DNA of 64,000 nucleotides, from contig JBAZSF010000002.1 of assembly GCA_041662525.1 (NCBI GenBank), positions 3,121 through 67,120 of the forward strand, given 5' to 3'. Below, one piece after another: positions 19,817 to 29,043 of the stretch. Source of the stretch: Minisyncoccota bacterium. Its GTDB lineage: Bacteria; Patescibacteriota; Minisyncoccia; Phycocordibacterales; UBA9973. A program made the translations under genes and the position numbers. Under the pieces are notes generated by a model that had not been told where the DNA came from, did no database searches, and saw only the letters and a list, made by a program, of their open reading frames with translations. Numbering within the stretch: position 1 is the first letter of the stretch; each line of letters starts with the position of its first letter.

Positions 19817-20887
19817 TTATTTTTGATTTGGAGTATATTCTATTTCAAAGCCAAGCTTGGCGGCTTCTAGTTTATATTTATCTTTCAAATCATCAAGCGA
19901 TTGGGTATTTTTATAATCAGAGCTTGCTCTAGTATAATTACTAATTTTGAAACCAATTTTATTTATACCATCCATCCCCTCAACAATTTTAGTGTATTGT
20001 TTATAAATTTTACCAAATTCTACTTCAGAAAATTTTTCCAACTTTTCACCCAATACCCGGGTTTCTTGATTTTGATTTAGAACTTGTGCAATTTTTTCCT
20101 GATGAACACCATTTGCATATTTTATAAATAATTTTTTTTCTTCATCAGAAAGAGACTCAGCCATTCGAATGCTAATTTCAAAAATTTTTTCAATCATTTC
20201 TCTGTATTTGTTAAACGTATCAATATTTTTATCACTTACTCTATATTCCCAAACCCCAGTTGCGTCAAAAACTTTACCATTAGCTTGGATGTCTTTCTCT
20301 CCAAGAGGACTATAAATCTGAGCAATTCCCTGAAAATCAACAATACTGGGAGCCATTGGAGATGGTTTTAATTCACCTGACTGCATTTTTTTTATATCTT
20401 CAGAACCATACCCGACACCTGAATAAACAGCGATAGGATGGGTATGGGTAAGAGATATTTCTTTAATTTTTTTCTCGTTGCAAAATTTTTCTATTTCTTC
20501 TAAAGAAAGTTTCATATTATCTCCATTATTTTCAATATTGTTGGGTGTAAAATAAGATTCTTCGTTTTTCTTGCTTAAAAAAACTCTCTCATGTGTATCT
20601 GAAAATACATAACCTTTTATTGTTTCTGAGTTTACTTGCAGACTTTCTTTACTGTTGACCATGCTAGGTGTTTCAATAGAAATAACAGAAGCAATATTTC
20701 CCCTACTATTTTCTCCAGGCTCCTTGGCTGTACCGCTCTCGACTTGTTGACCATATGCCTCACCCAAAGAACCATAAGTCAGCAGAACACTGATCAAACT
20801 TGTTCTAAGAAATTTTTTTACAGTTTCTAGTGTACTGGAATTTTCTGGTTTTTTTATTGGTTTTATTGTAGGAAATCCTTCGTTCAT
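19817..20887 (-). CDS. Exported hypothetical protein with JAB/MPN-like motif
   Basis: N-terminal hydrophobic segment; THTHP...APSIVD. Confidence 0.5.
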   Translation of the reverse strand: MNEGFPTIKPIKKPENSSTLETVKKFLRTSLISVLLTYGSLGEAYGQQVESGTAKEPGENSRGNIASVISIETPSMVNSKESLQVNSETIKGYVFSDTHERVFLSKKNEESYFTPNNIENNGDNMKLSLEEIEKFCNEKKIKEISLTHTHPIAVYSGVGYGSEDIKKMQSGELKPSPMAPSIVDFQGIAQIYSPLGEKDIQANGKVFDATGVWEYRVSDKNIDTFNKYREMIEKIFEISIRMAESLSDEEKKLFIKYANGVHQEKIAQVLNQNQETRVLGEKLEKFSEVEFGKIYKQYTKIVEGMDGINKIGFKISNYTRASSDYKNTQSLDDLKDKYKLEAAKLGFEIEYTPNQK

Positions 20888-20910
20888 TTTAATAAATATA
20901 TCATAAATTA

Positions 20911-23142
20911 CTATTTCTTTTCTATGCGGATTCTCAAAACCCCAATCTCATCTCTCAAGATCGCCGCAGTTTCAAAGTCTAATTCTTTTACTGCTTTGTT
21001 CATTTCACGCTCTTTCATTTTTATTATTTTTTCGTAAATTAAATTACCAATCTCTTCATCTGATAAATAAGACTGTCCCAAACTAGTATTCGGTATTTTT
21101 CTATTAATCTTTTTGTCTTTTTTAAATTCTTTAGCATAAGCCCTCTTAAAAACTTCTAAATCAAGTTTGAGTTCTGCGTTCACCACCTTTCCATGCTCAC
21201 TCTCCATTTCTTCGGTAATATCTTTTATCTTTTTTATAATTGTTTTCGGAGTGATGCCATGCTTTTTATTATAAGAAAGTTGAATATTTCTTCGTCGTGT
21301 TGTTTCTCCCAATGCTTTCTCCATAGCATCTGTCATAACGTCCGCATATAGAATTACTTTCCCCTCACTATTGCGAGCCGCACGTCCAATAGTTTGAATT
21401 AAAGATGTTTCGGATCGCAAAAATCCAGCTTTATCAGCATCCAAAATTCCAATCAAAGCAACTTCTGGTAGATCAAGCCCTTCGCGCAACAGATTAACTC
21501 CAACCAAAACATCAAATTCTCCCTTTCGAAACTGTGTTAAAATTTTAATTCTCTCCATTGTTTTTATATCGCTATGTAAATATTCTGCTTTAATTTTTTT
21601 ATCTTTTAAGTAATTCGAAAGATCTTCTGCCATCTTTTTCGTCAGAGTCGTCGCTAAAACACGAAAACCTTTTGCAATTGTTTTTTCTGCTTCTGATATA
21701 AAATCTTGAATTTGGCCGGGGTAGTGCTGAGGATGATGCCCAGAGGAGTATTCGCTACGAACAGAACTTTCTTGCCCTTCCAAGATAAAGTGCGAACGAC
21801 GGCGGGCATCATCCTCAGCACTACTTTCCGAAACAGGCCTAACTATTGTTTCAGGATCTACTAATCCTGTGGGACGGATGATTTGTTCTACAATTTGTTC
21901 ACTTTCCTTTCTTTCCACATCACTTGGTGTCGCGCTTGTGTAAATTACTGGACCAATGCGTTCCTGAAATTCATTGTATTTAAGCGGTCTATTGTCTTTA
22001 GCTGAAGGTAAACGAAAACCATATTCCACAAGAGTATTTTTGCGAGAAGCGTCACCAGCATACATTCCATTTAATTGAGGAAGGGTTACATGCGATTCAT
22101 CAATAATAGTTAAAAATCCTGATTTCGGAAAGTAAGACAATAATGTCTCTGGCGGTTCACCTTCTTTCTTCCCTGATAAATGCCTAGAATAATTTTCTAT
22201 ACCATTACAATATCCGACTTCTTTTATCATTGCGAGATCGTAATTCGTTCTTCTTTTTATGCGCTCCGCTTCTAAAAGTTTTCCTTCCTTTTCAAATTTC
22301 TTTAGTTGTTGGGTCAATTCTTTTTTAATTTCCACAAGCGCTTTTTTCTTCTTTACATCTTCGGTAATAAAATGCTTCGCTGGAAAAATAAAAATACCTG
22401 CCCGTCCTTTGGCGGGTTTTATTTCTTCAATTATTTGTGAAGAAATTGGATCTATCTTTGTTATCTTTTCTATCTTTGAACCGTCAAGTTCTATTTGATA
22501 TGTAATCGTTTCCGAAACTGGCATAAATTCTACCCGCGTGCCAATAGAACGAAAAGTTCCAGGATTGAGATCTGCATTAGTGCGTTCAAAATGAATTTCA
22601 ATTAATTTTTTCATTAAAGTGAGGCGATCCATTTTCATCCCAATCTCGAGTTTTAAATTAACTTTTTCGTATTCTTCCGGAGAACCTAAACCATAAATAC
22701 AAGAAACTGAAGCAACTATTATCACATCACGCCTTGTTAGGAGCGCCTGCGTGGAAGCATGACGAAGCATATCTATTTCTTTATTAATAGAAGCATCTTT
22801 TTCAATATAAGTATCCGAAGCGGGCATATAGGCTTCCGGCTGATAATAATCATAATAAGAAACAAAATAATGCACCGCGGAATCCGGAAAAAATAACCGA
22901 AACTCTTGAGCGAGTTGAGCAGCTAAAGTTTTATTATGAGCTATTACTAAGGTTGGTTTGTTGTACTGTGCGATAACATTCGCCATAGTAAAAGTCTTAC
23001 CGGTACCTGTGGCTCCGAGCAATGTTTGCTTTTTCATTCCCCTTTCTAAGCCCTGCACAAGTGCGGAAATAGCCGCTGGTTGGTCTCCTGCAGGCTGGAA
23101 AGGATTATGCAATTTAAAGATACTTCCTTGATTTTTCGACAT
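20911..23142 (-). CDS. uvrB: Excinuclease ABC subunit B (with in-frame insertions)
   Basis: PAGDQP, GATGTGKT, YDYYQPEAY, DESH, NLLREGLDLPEV, DFETAAILRD. Confidence 0.97.
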   Translation of the reverse strand: MSKNQGSIFKLHNPFQPAGDQPAAISALVQGLERGMKKQTLLGATGTGKTFTMANVIAQYNKPTLVIAHNKTLAAQLAQEFRLFFPDSAVHYFVSYYDYYQPEAYMPASDTYIEKDASINKEIDMLRHASTQALLTRRDVIIVASVSCIYGLGSPEEYEKVNLKLEIGMKMDRLTLMKKLIEIHFERTNADLNPGTFRSIGTRVEFMPVSETITYQIELDGSKIEKITKIDPISSQIIEEIKPAKGRAGIFIFPAKHFITEDVKKKKALVEIKKELTQQLKKFEKEGKLLEAERIKRRTNYDLAMIKEVGYCNGIENYSRHLSGKKEGEPPETLLSYFPKSGFLTIIDESHVTLPQLNGMYAGDASRKNTLVEYGFRLPSAKDNRPLKYNEFQERIGPVIYTSATPSDVERKESEQIVEQIIRPTGLVDPETIVRPVSESSAEDDARRRSHFILEGQESSVRSEYSSGHHPQHYPGQIQDFISEAEKTIAKGFRVLATTLTKKMAEDLSNYLKDKKIKAEYLHSDIKTMERIKILTQFRKGEFDVLVGVNLLREGLDLPEVALIGILDADKAGFLRSETSLIQTIGRAARNSEGKVILYADVMTDAMEKALGETTRRRNIQLSYNKKHGITPKTIIKKIKDITEEMESEHGKVVNAELKLDLEVFKRAYAKEFKKDKKINRKIPNTSLGQSYLSDEEIGNLIYEKIIKMKEREMNKAVKELDFETAAILRDEIGVLRIRIEKK
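21717..21830. mobile_element. Rod-shaped palindromic element in frame in uvrB
   Basis: Perfect 21-bp IR 21721-21741 / 21804-21824 with internal hairpins. Confidence 0.85.
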
Positions 23143-23182
23143 ATTTCTTATACTATCATAAGATATTGATTTTTTAAGAAAT

Positions 23183-23207
23183 TATGCGCCCGTAGCTGTT
23201 TTGGTAG
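23183..23207 (+). repeat. Degenerate copy of the tRNA-Lys 5' end
   Basis: tatgcgcccgtagct....tggtag also at 23257-23281. Confidence 0.7.
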
Positions 23208-23259
23208 GTCGAAAGATCATAAGTAAAATAAATGTTCTTTATTTAAAAAATAAATATAT

Positions 23260-23332
23260 GCGCCCGTAGCTCAGCTGGTAGAGCAGATCCCTTTTAAGGA
23301 TAAGGTCGTTGGTTCGATCCCAACCGGGCGCA
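23260..23332 (+). tRNA. tRNA-Lys (TTT)
   Basis: Acceptor GCGCCCG/CGGGCGC, D-arm AGCTCAGCTGGTAGAGC, anticodon loop CTTTTAA, T-arm GGTTCGATCC; CCA not encoded. Confidence 0.93.
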
Positions 23333-23349
23333 CAGTGTTAAAAAAACAA

Positions 23350-23393
23350 AACCCCGCCTAGACGAGCACAAGGGCTTTGTCTAAAACGGGGTT
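23350..23393. terminator. Hairpin terminator between tRNA and convergent gene
   Basis: aaccccg..tagac / gtcta..cggggtt with A-run on the left. Confidence 0.55.
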
Positions 23394-23402
23394 ATAAGAT
23401 TT

Positions 23403-23936
23403 TTAAGGCTCCCGGAGGAATTTCTCTATTTCAGCCCAATCTTTTGGATTGGGATTAACCTTGGGTTCGAGGAAGTTTTTAGCTTCCCTCCAACTCAAGA
23501 TTTTTTCCTCCATGATACATTGCGGAGGTGCGGTGGTAAATTCTTCCATCGCATAACCGCACCCTTTCGCAAGATCCCCGCTAATACGAACGAGGTATAC
23601 CTTGCGCCGATCGAGAGAACTAATGTCGTCGTTTGGCTCAAAATCAACGAACCAGACGGGACCGTTGAGGGTTTTAAAAACCATGAGTCCACCCTCTAAA
23701 CTATACATTGTTCCCGGTTTTATCTTATCCCTGTAAACTGAACCAACGACACCGAAATGTCGCCAGTGGCCCAAAATAACGTCAGATACAGTAGTTTCTG
23801 GCGTCATTACTATCGCAGGCTTTTGCACGATAGCAGCTGTAGTCTTAGGAGCTGGTACTATGCGGACCTTGTAAATGAACAGGGCACAGAAAATAATTAG
23901 AAAAGTTGCTAATAAAAAAACTTGGAAGCGTTGCAT
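23403..23936 (-). CDS. Hypothetical membrane-anchored protein
   Basis: Start moved to MQRFQ after SD AAGGAG; N-terminal TM. Confidence 0.6.
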   Translation of the reverse strand: MQRFQVFLLATFLIIFCALFIYKVRIVPAPKTTAAIVQKPAIVMTPETTVSDVILGHWRHFGVVGSVYRDKIKPGTMYSLEGGLMVFKTLNGPVWFVDFEPNDDISSLDRRKVYLVRISGDLAKGCGYAMEEFTTAPPQCIMEEKILSWREAKNFLEPKVNPNPKDWAEIEKFLREP

Positions 23937-24041
23937 GATAACTCTCCTTCTTTTTTTTAAAAAACATTTTTCACCCGCTATTGATAGGGTATATTCCGGT
24001 GTGCCGGAAACACTACAGGGAAATCCTGCACATCTATTTAT

Positions 24042-24070
24042 ATCATACATATAAACATCATATTTGTCAA
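24042..24070 (-). promoter_or_regulatory. Sigma-70 promoter
   Basis: TTGACA-17 nt-TATGAT on the minus strand. Confidence 0.65.
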
Positions 24071-24210
24071 CCTTACCGCAATATCCCAATACTTTGGAAT
24101 CACCCCTAAACAACAACTTATTTCTAATTTGCATAGCTTATATAAAAGAGAAAGGACCGGTTTAGGTCGCACCTGCGTCCTTCTCCGGTCCTTGATTGAT
24201 ATTTTTCTTG

Positions 24211-24525
24211 TCATAATTCTGACAATAATGCCTGGATAGCTTTGTTACTTACCTCCTCTGGTAAATAAAATATTTTTTTGTAGAAAATAGCTATTCCAGT
24301 GATAAAAGCTTCATTCTTCGCACTGTGTACAACAGGTTTTCTGTTTAAATAATTACAATAAACGGATACCTTGATTCTTGAGAAACAAAACATAATACCT
24401 TCAGCTGCCATACGAGCTTGAAATTTGCTTGAGAAATGATTTGTGAATCCTTGGGGACCTCTTGCCCCAGGATGGAAAAGAAGCAACAACCATTTTGCAC
24501 CGTCTTGCTTGATTTCAATTTTCAT
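24211..24525 (-). CDS. Hypothetical protein
   Basis: SD GGGAGG upstream; hairpin 24152-24193 downstream. Confidence 0.55.
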   Translation of the reverse strand: MKIEIKQDGAKWLLLLFHPGARGPQGFTNHFSSKFQARMAAEGIMFCFSRIKVSVYCNYLNRKPVVHSAKNEAFITGIAIFYKKIFYLPEEVSNKAIQALLSEL

Positions 24526-24536
24526 TTTTTCCTCCC

Positions 24537-25220
24537 TTATCCTTCAGATTCTGTTCCCGCTCTTAAGCGAGCAATATTTTCTAGGTGTAAGAATGTGATA
24601 AAAATTAGTGAACTGAAACCTAGAATTTCGATTTCAAATCTTCCGTCCATTTTTACCGCCAGCAAAGCAATAATTGAGCAGGCGGTTAGCGAACGAACAG
24701 AAGACATTCTACCAAACCGAGCTAGTGGCATCGAGCGAAATTTTTTCCCATAGCGAGCAATTAACATATAGGTGAGCAACGCCACGAGCGTAATTTTAGG
24801 AGCTATTACCAAAAATACTCCCAAAAATGTCGCAACCGCCTTTCCTCCTCTATATCCTAGCAATATATAGAAAGAAGGAAATGCATGACCTGCCATTGCA
24901 AGAAAGCCAGATATGGCAACTGCCCAAAGAGGAAAGTGAAAAACAAATGCTCCAGCTACTGCAATGGCTCCCTTGGTGGCATCCAGCAAAATTGTATAAA
25001 TTTTTCCTTTTGTACCAACAATTCTCCCCACATTTGTTGCCCCTGGAGAGCAACTTCCGTTACGGAACAAATAAAAAAGATCCACTTTTTCTTTGCGTTT
25101 ATGTTTGATCCACAAGACGACAACAGGTCCCCAGAGAAATGACCCAAGAGCGTAACTCACACACCACCATAAAATAAGTAACCCCGAAGAATCAGAAATC
25201 AAACGTAAGTTTTCCATCAT
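24537..25220 (-). CDS. plsY: Glycerol-3-phosphate acyltransferase PlsY family
   Basis: YALGS, GS.SPGATNVGR, DATKG, GHAFP, GGKAVAT, HLENIARLRAGTE. Confidence 0.85.
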   Translation of the reverse strand: MMENLRLISDSSGLLILWWCVSYALGSFLWGPVVVLWIKHKRKEKVDLFYLFRNGSCSPGATNVGRIVGTKGKIYTILLDATKGAIAVAGAFVFHFPLWAVAISGFLAMAGHAFPSFYILLGYRGGKAVATFLGVFLVIAPKITLVALLTYMLIARYGKKFRSMPLARFGRMSSVRSLTACSIIALLAVKMDGRFEIEILGFSSLIFITFLHLENIARLRAGTESEG

Positions 25221-25332
25221 TACTCCTTTCTTAATGTTGTGTGCAAATTTGCACGGGTTTATATAAAAAGAACATCCTATATTATGCACAATCTAGCAAT
25301 TACAGCTTTTATGTCAATAGTGTTCTATACAA

Positions 25333-26004
25333 TTAAAAAGCTTCAAGTAAAAACTGCTCAAAGGCACTCTCAGCATCCTGGCCTTTTTTGCGAGCTTCTG
25401 GCAAAAGATAGGAAATACGAGAAGCGAAAGTTTTGAGTTGCTCGGGAGTAAATTTGCTAAAATTATTTTTTAAAAGCATGTCTTTAATTTTCCAAAAAAG
25501 AACTCCGATAATTTCCTCCATATTTACCCCCACATCCATCGCCCGCCTAAAATGAAGCCAGGTATTCAATTTATCTTTATTGGCAAAAGCATTCGCCACT
25601 AAAAAATTATCATATTTCTCCAGCTTTATTTTTGGTAATTCAAAAATATTAACCTGTGATCTTTTTGCCCCAACTTTTTTAAAAGCATCGAGTATTGGTT
25701 TATTTAGTTTTCCTTCTAAGAATATAAAAAGATTATCCGACTCACCCATTTGCTTTAATTTATCTAAAACAAAATCTCTCGTTTCTTCATATTCAAAAAT
25801 ATTTTGAAAGACTATCGCAGATAAAACTGAAAAAAGACTAGATCCAGAATAAAAACTTTCAATCTGCATAGAATTAAAATTATTTCTACTCACCTGAAAA
25901 ATATCTGTCTCAGGAATGCCAATTTGGACAGGCAAAGATTTTATGAATTTTTCATAATTTAAAATTTTATTTTTAGAGTCATCTCCAGAGAAAAGATACA
26001 ACAT
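25333..26004 (-). CDS. holA: DNA polymerase III delta subunit-like (short)
   Basis: MLYLFSGDD..., SSLFS, C-terminal AFEQFLL. Confidence 0.55.
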   Translation of the reverse strand: MLYLFSGDDSKNKILNYEKFIKSLPVQIGIPETDIFQVSRNNFNSMQIESFYSGSSLFSVLSAIVFQNIFEYEETRDFVLDKLKQMGESDNLFIFLEGKLNKPILDAFKKVGAKRSQVNIFELPKIKLEKYDNFLVANAFANKDKLNTWLHFRRAMDVGVNMEEIIGVLFWKIKDMLLKNNFSKFTPEQLKTFASRISYLLPEARKKGQDAESAFEQFLLEAF

Positions 26005-26025
26005 AAATATTTAACAAAAAATTAA

Positions 26026-26502
26026 TCACAACTTAACAGATTTTATGTACTCTAGGTAAGGCTCTCCATATTTTAAAATTAAAATTTTTTCTTCTTTTTC
26101 TAAGAAAACAAACTTTACAATAAGAGAAGATAGGAGCGCAAAAAAGATAACAAAAAAAGAATTAGCAATGATGCCGAATCCCACTATCATAGAAAAAATT
26201 CCAAGATTGGTTGGGTTTCTAACAAAGTGATAAGGTCCTTTACTGAAAGATTCTTTATTTATATTTTCTTTGTTGAAATGACGCGAAGTATGCTGTGCCC
26301 AAAATATTAAAACACTGCCAAGAACTAAGATAACAACACCAACTCCTACTGGAGCAGAATCTGTAAAAAGATTAATATCAAATACAAAATCAAGAAAGAC
26401 AGCAAATAAAAACAAGACAAGCTGTGTAGCGTGTGAATGCGCTAAAATCTTATGTATATTTTGTTTTTGAATATCATTTTTAATATTATTCTCCATGTTC
26501 AT
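26026..26502 (-). CDS. Isoprenylcysteine carboxyl methyltransferase/PEMT family membrane protein
   Basis: GPYHFVRNP, EEKIL..KYGEPY.EY. Confidence 0.8.
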   Translation of the reverse strand: MNMENNIKNDIQKQNIHKILAHSHATQLVLFLFAVFLDFVFDINLFTDSAPVGVGVVILVLGSVLIFWAQHTSRHFNKENINKESFSKGPYHFVRNPTNLGIFSMIVGFGIIANSFFVIFFALLSSLIVKFVFLEKEEKILILKYGEPYLEYIKSVKL

Positions 26503-26525
26503 ATACCTATTGTAACACAATTATG

Positions 26526-29006
26526 TCATTTTACTTCCTTAAGATTATCTCCAAAACCAAAGTGTACTTCTAGCGGAATATCTGTTTTATAATATAAAAA
26601 TGATTTCTGGAGTACCCCCTCCATGGCCTCTTTTATTATTTTTTCAGCTTTTTCCAACACACTTTCTTCCACTTCGTAAACCAATTCATCATGAATTTGA
26701 AGTATCAGATGAACACTCTCTAATAACCCAGCTTCCTTCAAACCTTCTTCCGTATACCTTATAGCTAATTTAATAATATCAGCCGCTGTCCCCTGAAGGG
26801 GGGCATTGGTCGCAGTCCGCTCGGCCATATTTTTCAAAAATGGAATTCTAGAGTTTATGTTTGGAAAATTCCTACGCCGACCAAATAAAGTTTCAGTATA
26901 AGAATTCTTTAACACGAACTTTTTTACTTCTTCTAAATAATCCCGCACCCCAGAAAATTGATTGAAATAATTATCATAAAACTTTTGGGCTTCTTCTCTC
27001 GTGCCACCGAGATTCTTCCGCAGGGCAGAAACTCCCATACCATAAATAATTCCAAAATTTATCACTTTTGCTTTTCTCCTCATTTCCCTGTCCACTTTTT
27101 CTATCGGCACATCGAAAACAAATGAAGCCACTCCAGTATGAATATCTTTTTTCTCTCGGAAAACTTGTGTCATTTTTTTATCACCTGAAAGCATAGCCGC
27201 TACCCGTAATTCAATCTGACTATAATCAAAAGCTACCAGCTTGTGACCTTTTGACGCAACAATACCACCTCGGATTCTTCTGCCAAGTTCTGTTTTTATT
27301 GGTAAATTTTGCAAGTTGGGATCTTGAGAAGCAAATCTTCCTGTGGTGGTGCCATTTTGTAAAAATTTAGCATGCAAGCGACCATCGGCATCTACCATTT
27401 TAGGAATAACATCAATATAAGTAGAAAGTAGTTTCTGCAATTCTCGATAAAATAATATTTCTTTTATGATTGGATTTTCTTCTTCCAATTCTTCTAATAC
27501 AGAAACCTTGGTAGAAAACCCACCACTTGCATTTTTCTTTACTTTATTTTTTCCTGGTGATTTTATGCCCATTTTATCAAAAAGCACTTCGCCTAATTGT
27601 TTTGGTGAATTTATATTAAATTCTACACCCGCCTGAGTGTATATTTTTTTAGTTAAAATATCTAATTCCTTATGATATTCAAGTGATAATTTTTCAAAAT
27701 ATTTTTTATCTATTAAAATTCCATAATCTTCCATTTTTTTCACTATCGGAATAATAGGTTTTTCTATCTCTTCATAAACTTTTTCTAATTTTTTTTCTTT
27801 CAGTGTTTTAAAAATCTGTTCATATGCTATTTCAAAAGAACTAGCATGCGTAAAAAACAAAATATCTTCCAAACTTGGATTGGGGATATCGGAATTGATG
27901 AGCCAAAGAGCGATACTGGCTTCTTGGAGTTTTTGCGCAGGAGGCAAAATAAGAGAATTTTTGAGCTGGTCTGGTTGAGCCCGCTCTTTTAAAGAATTCT
28001 GTGCGGGTGACCCGAGGACCCGAGAAAATTCTGCTGATTTTGCCTCCTGCTTATTCCCATCAAAAAAATTCCTCAGACGTGTAAGTAAACTCCTGAATTC
28101 AAAAATTGAAAAAACTTGTTCAATTTTTTTAAAATCGACAATTTCCCAAAAAGTTTTTTCTGGTAAAATGAAATCTATCGGGGTATCGGTTCTAATGGTC
28201 GCCAATATTTTGGAAAACAAGGCCTCCTCCTCGTTGTTTTTAAGTAACTCAATCATTCTAGGACTAATGCCTGCTTTCAAAAAATCTTCTTCGCCTTTCT
28301 TACCGTTTTCTTTGATTTTTTTATAAATTTCTTCGATGGTTCCAAATTTTGAAATTAAAATTTCAGCTGTTTTTTCGCCAACTCCTTTTATACCAATAAT
28401 ATTATCTGATGGGTCTCCACGTAGTCCTTTGTAATCCGGCAAAAGTCTCGGTTTAAAATGAAATCGGTTTATCATCGCATCTTCGTCGTATAAAATAGTA
28501 TCGTTAATTCCCTTTTTCAGAGTGTAAACTTGTACTTTTTTATCATCTATTAATTGCATAGTATCCATATCGCCTGAAGCAATAATAATTTTTATATTTT
28601 TATCTTTTTTATATTTCTCCACTATTGTTCCCAAGACATCATCCGCTTCAAAGCCAGGTGCATCATACATGGGTATATCAAAAGCATCAAAAATCTGACG
28701 GGAATTTTTCAATTGCATTATCAAGGCATCTTCCGTTTTTGCTCGGCCTGCTTTGTATCCATCATGAGCTTCGTGTCTAAAAGTTTTTTGGGGTAAATCA
28801 TAACAAGCCACAATATAGTCTGGCTTTAACTCAGTAATTATTTTCATCAACATAGTAGAAAGCCCATACAATGCTCCTGTCGGTTCACCCTTTGAAGATA
28901 AGAACTCCGGCAAAGCATGATAAGCGCGATGGATGATGGCATGAGCATCTAGTAATACTAAGGTTTTACTATCATTTGTTCTATTATTTATTTTTGTTTT
29001 TGGCAT
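26526..29006 (-). CDS. polA: DNA polymerase I (3'-5' exonuclease region strongly reduced)
   Basis: HRAYHA, EADD, GDPSDN, DYSQIELR, AK.INFGIIYG, QIHDEL. Confidence 0.96.
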   Translation of the reverse strand: MPKTKINNRTNDSKTLVLLDAHAIIHRAYHALPEFLSSKGEPTGALYGLSTMLMKIITELKPDYIVACYDLPQKTFRHEAHDGYKAGRAKTEDALIMQLKNSRQIFDAFDIPMYDAPGFEADDVLGTIVEKYKKDKNIKIIIASGDMDTMQLIDDKKVQVYTLKKGINDTILYDEDAMINRFHFKPRLLPDYKGLRGDPSDNIIGIKGVGEKTAEILISKFGTIEEIYKKIKENGKKGEEDFLKAGISPRMIELLKNNEEEALFSKILATIRTDTPIDFILPEKTFWEIVDFKKIEQVFSIFEFRSLLTRLRNFFDGNKQEAKSAEFSRVLGSPAQNSLKERAQPDQLKNSLILPPAQKLQEASIALWLINSDIPNPSLEDILFFTHASSFEIAYEQIFKTLKEKKLEKVYEEIEKPIIPIVKKMEDYGILIDKKYFEKLSLEYHKELDILTKKIYTQAGVEFNINSPKQLGEVLFDKMGIKSPGKNKVKKNASGGFSTKVSVLEELEEENPIIKEILFYRELQKLLSTYIDVIPKMVDADGRLHAKFLQNGTTTGRFASQDPNLQNLPIKTELGRRIRGGIVASKGHKLVAFDYSQIELRVAAMLSGDKKMTQVFREKKDIHTGVASFVFDVPIEKVDREMRRKAKVINFGIIYGMGVSALRKNLGGTREEAQKFYDNYFNQFSGVRDYLEEVKKFVLKNSYTETLFGRRRNFPNINSRIPFLKNMAERTATNAPLQGTAADIIKLAIRYTEEGLKEAGLLESVHLILQIHDELVYEVEESVLEKAEKIIKEAMEGVLQKSFLYYKTDIPLEVHFGFGDNLKEVK
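27937..28050 (-). mobile_element. Rod-shaped palindromic element, B-related head, in frame in polA
   Basis: Perfect 14-bp outer IR gcaggaggcaaaat / attttgcctcctgc; head tggtctgg...ccgaggacc. Confidence 0.82.
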
Positions 29007-29043
29007 TGTATAAATTATACCATTTAGGATATACTTTAATATA

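Noticed and set aside
23183-25320. Intact prophage or integrative element at tRNA-Lys
   Set aside because: No integrase or phage genes and no distal att repeat found.
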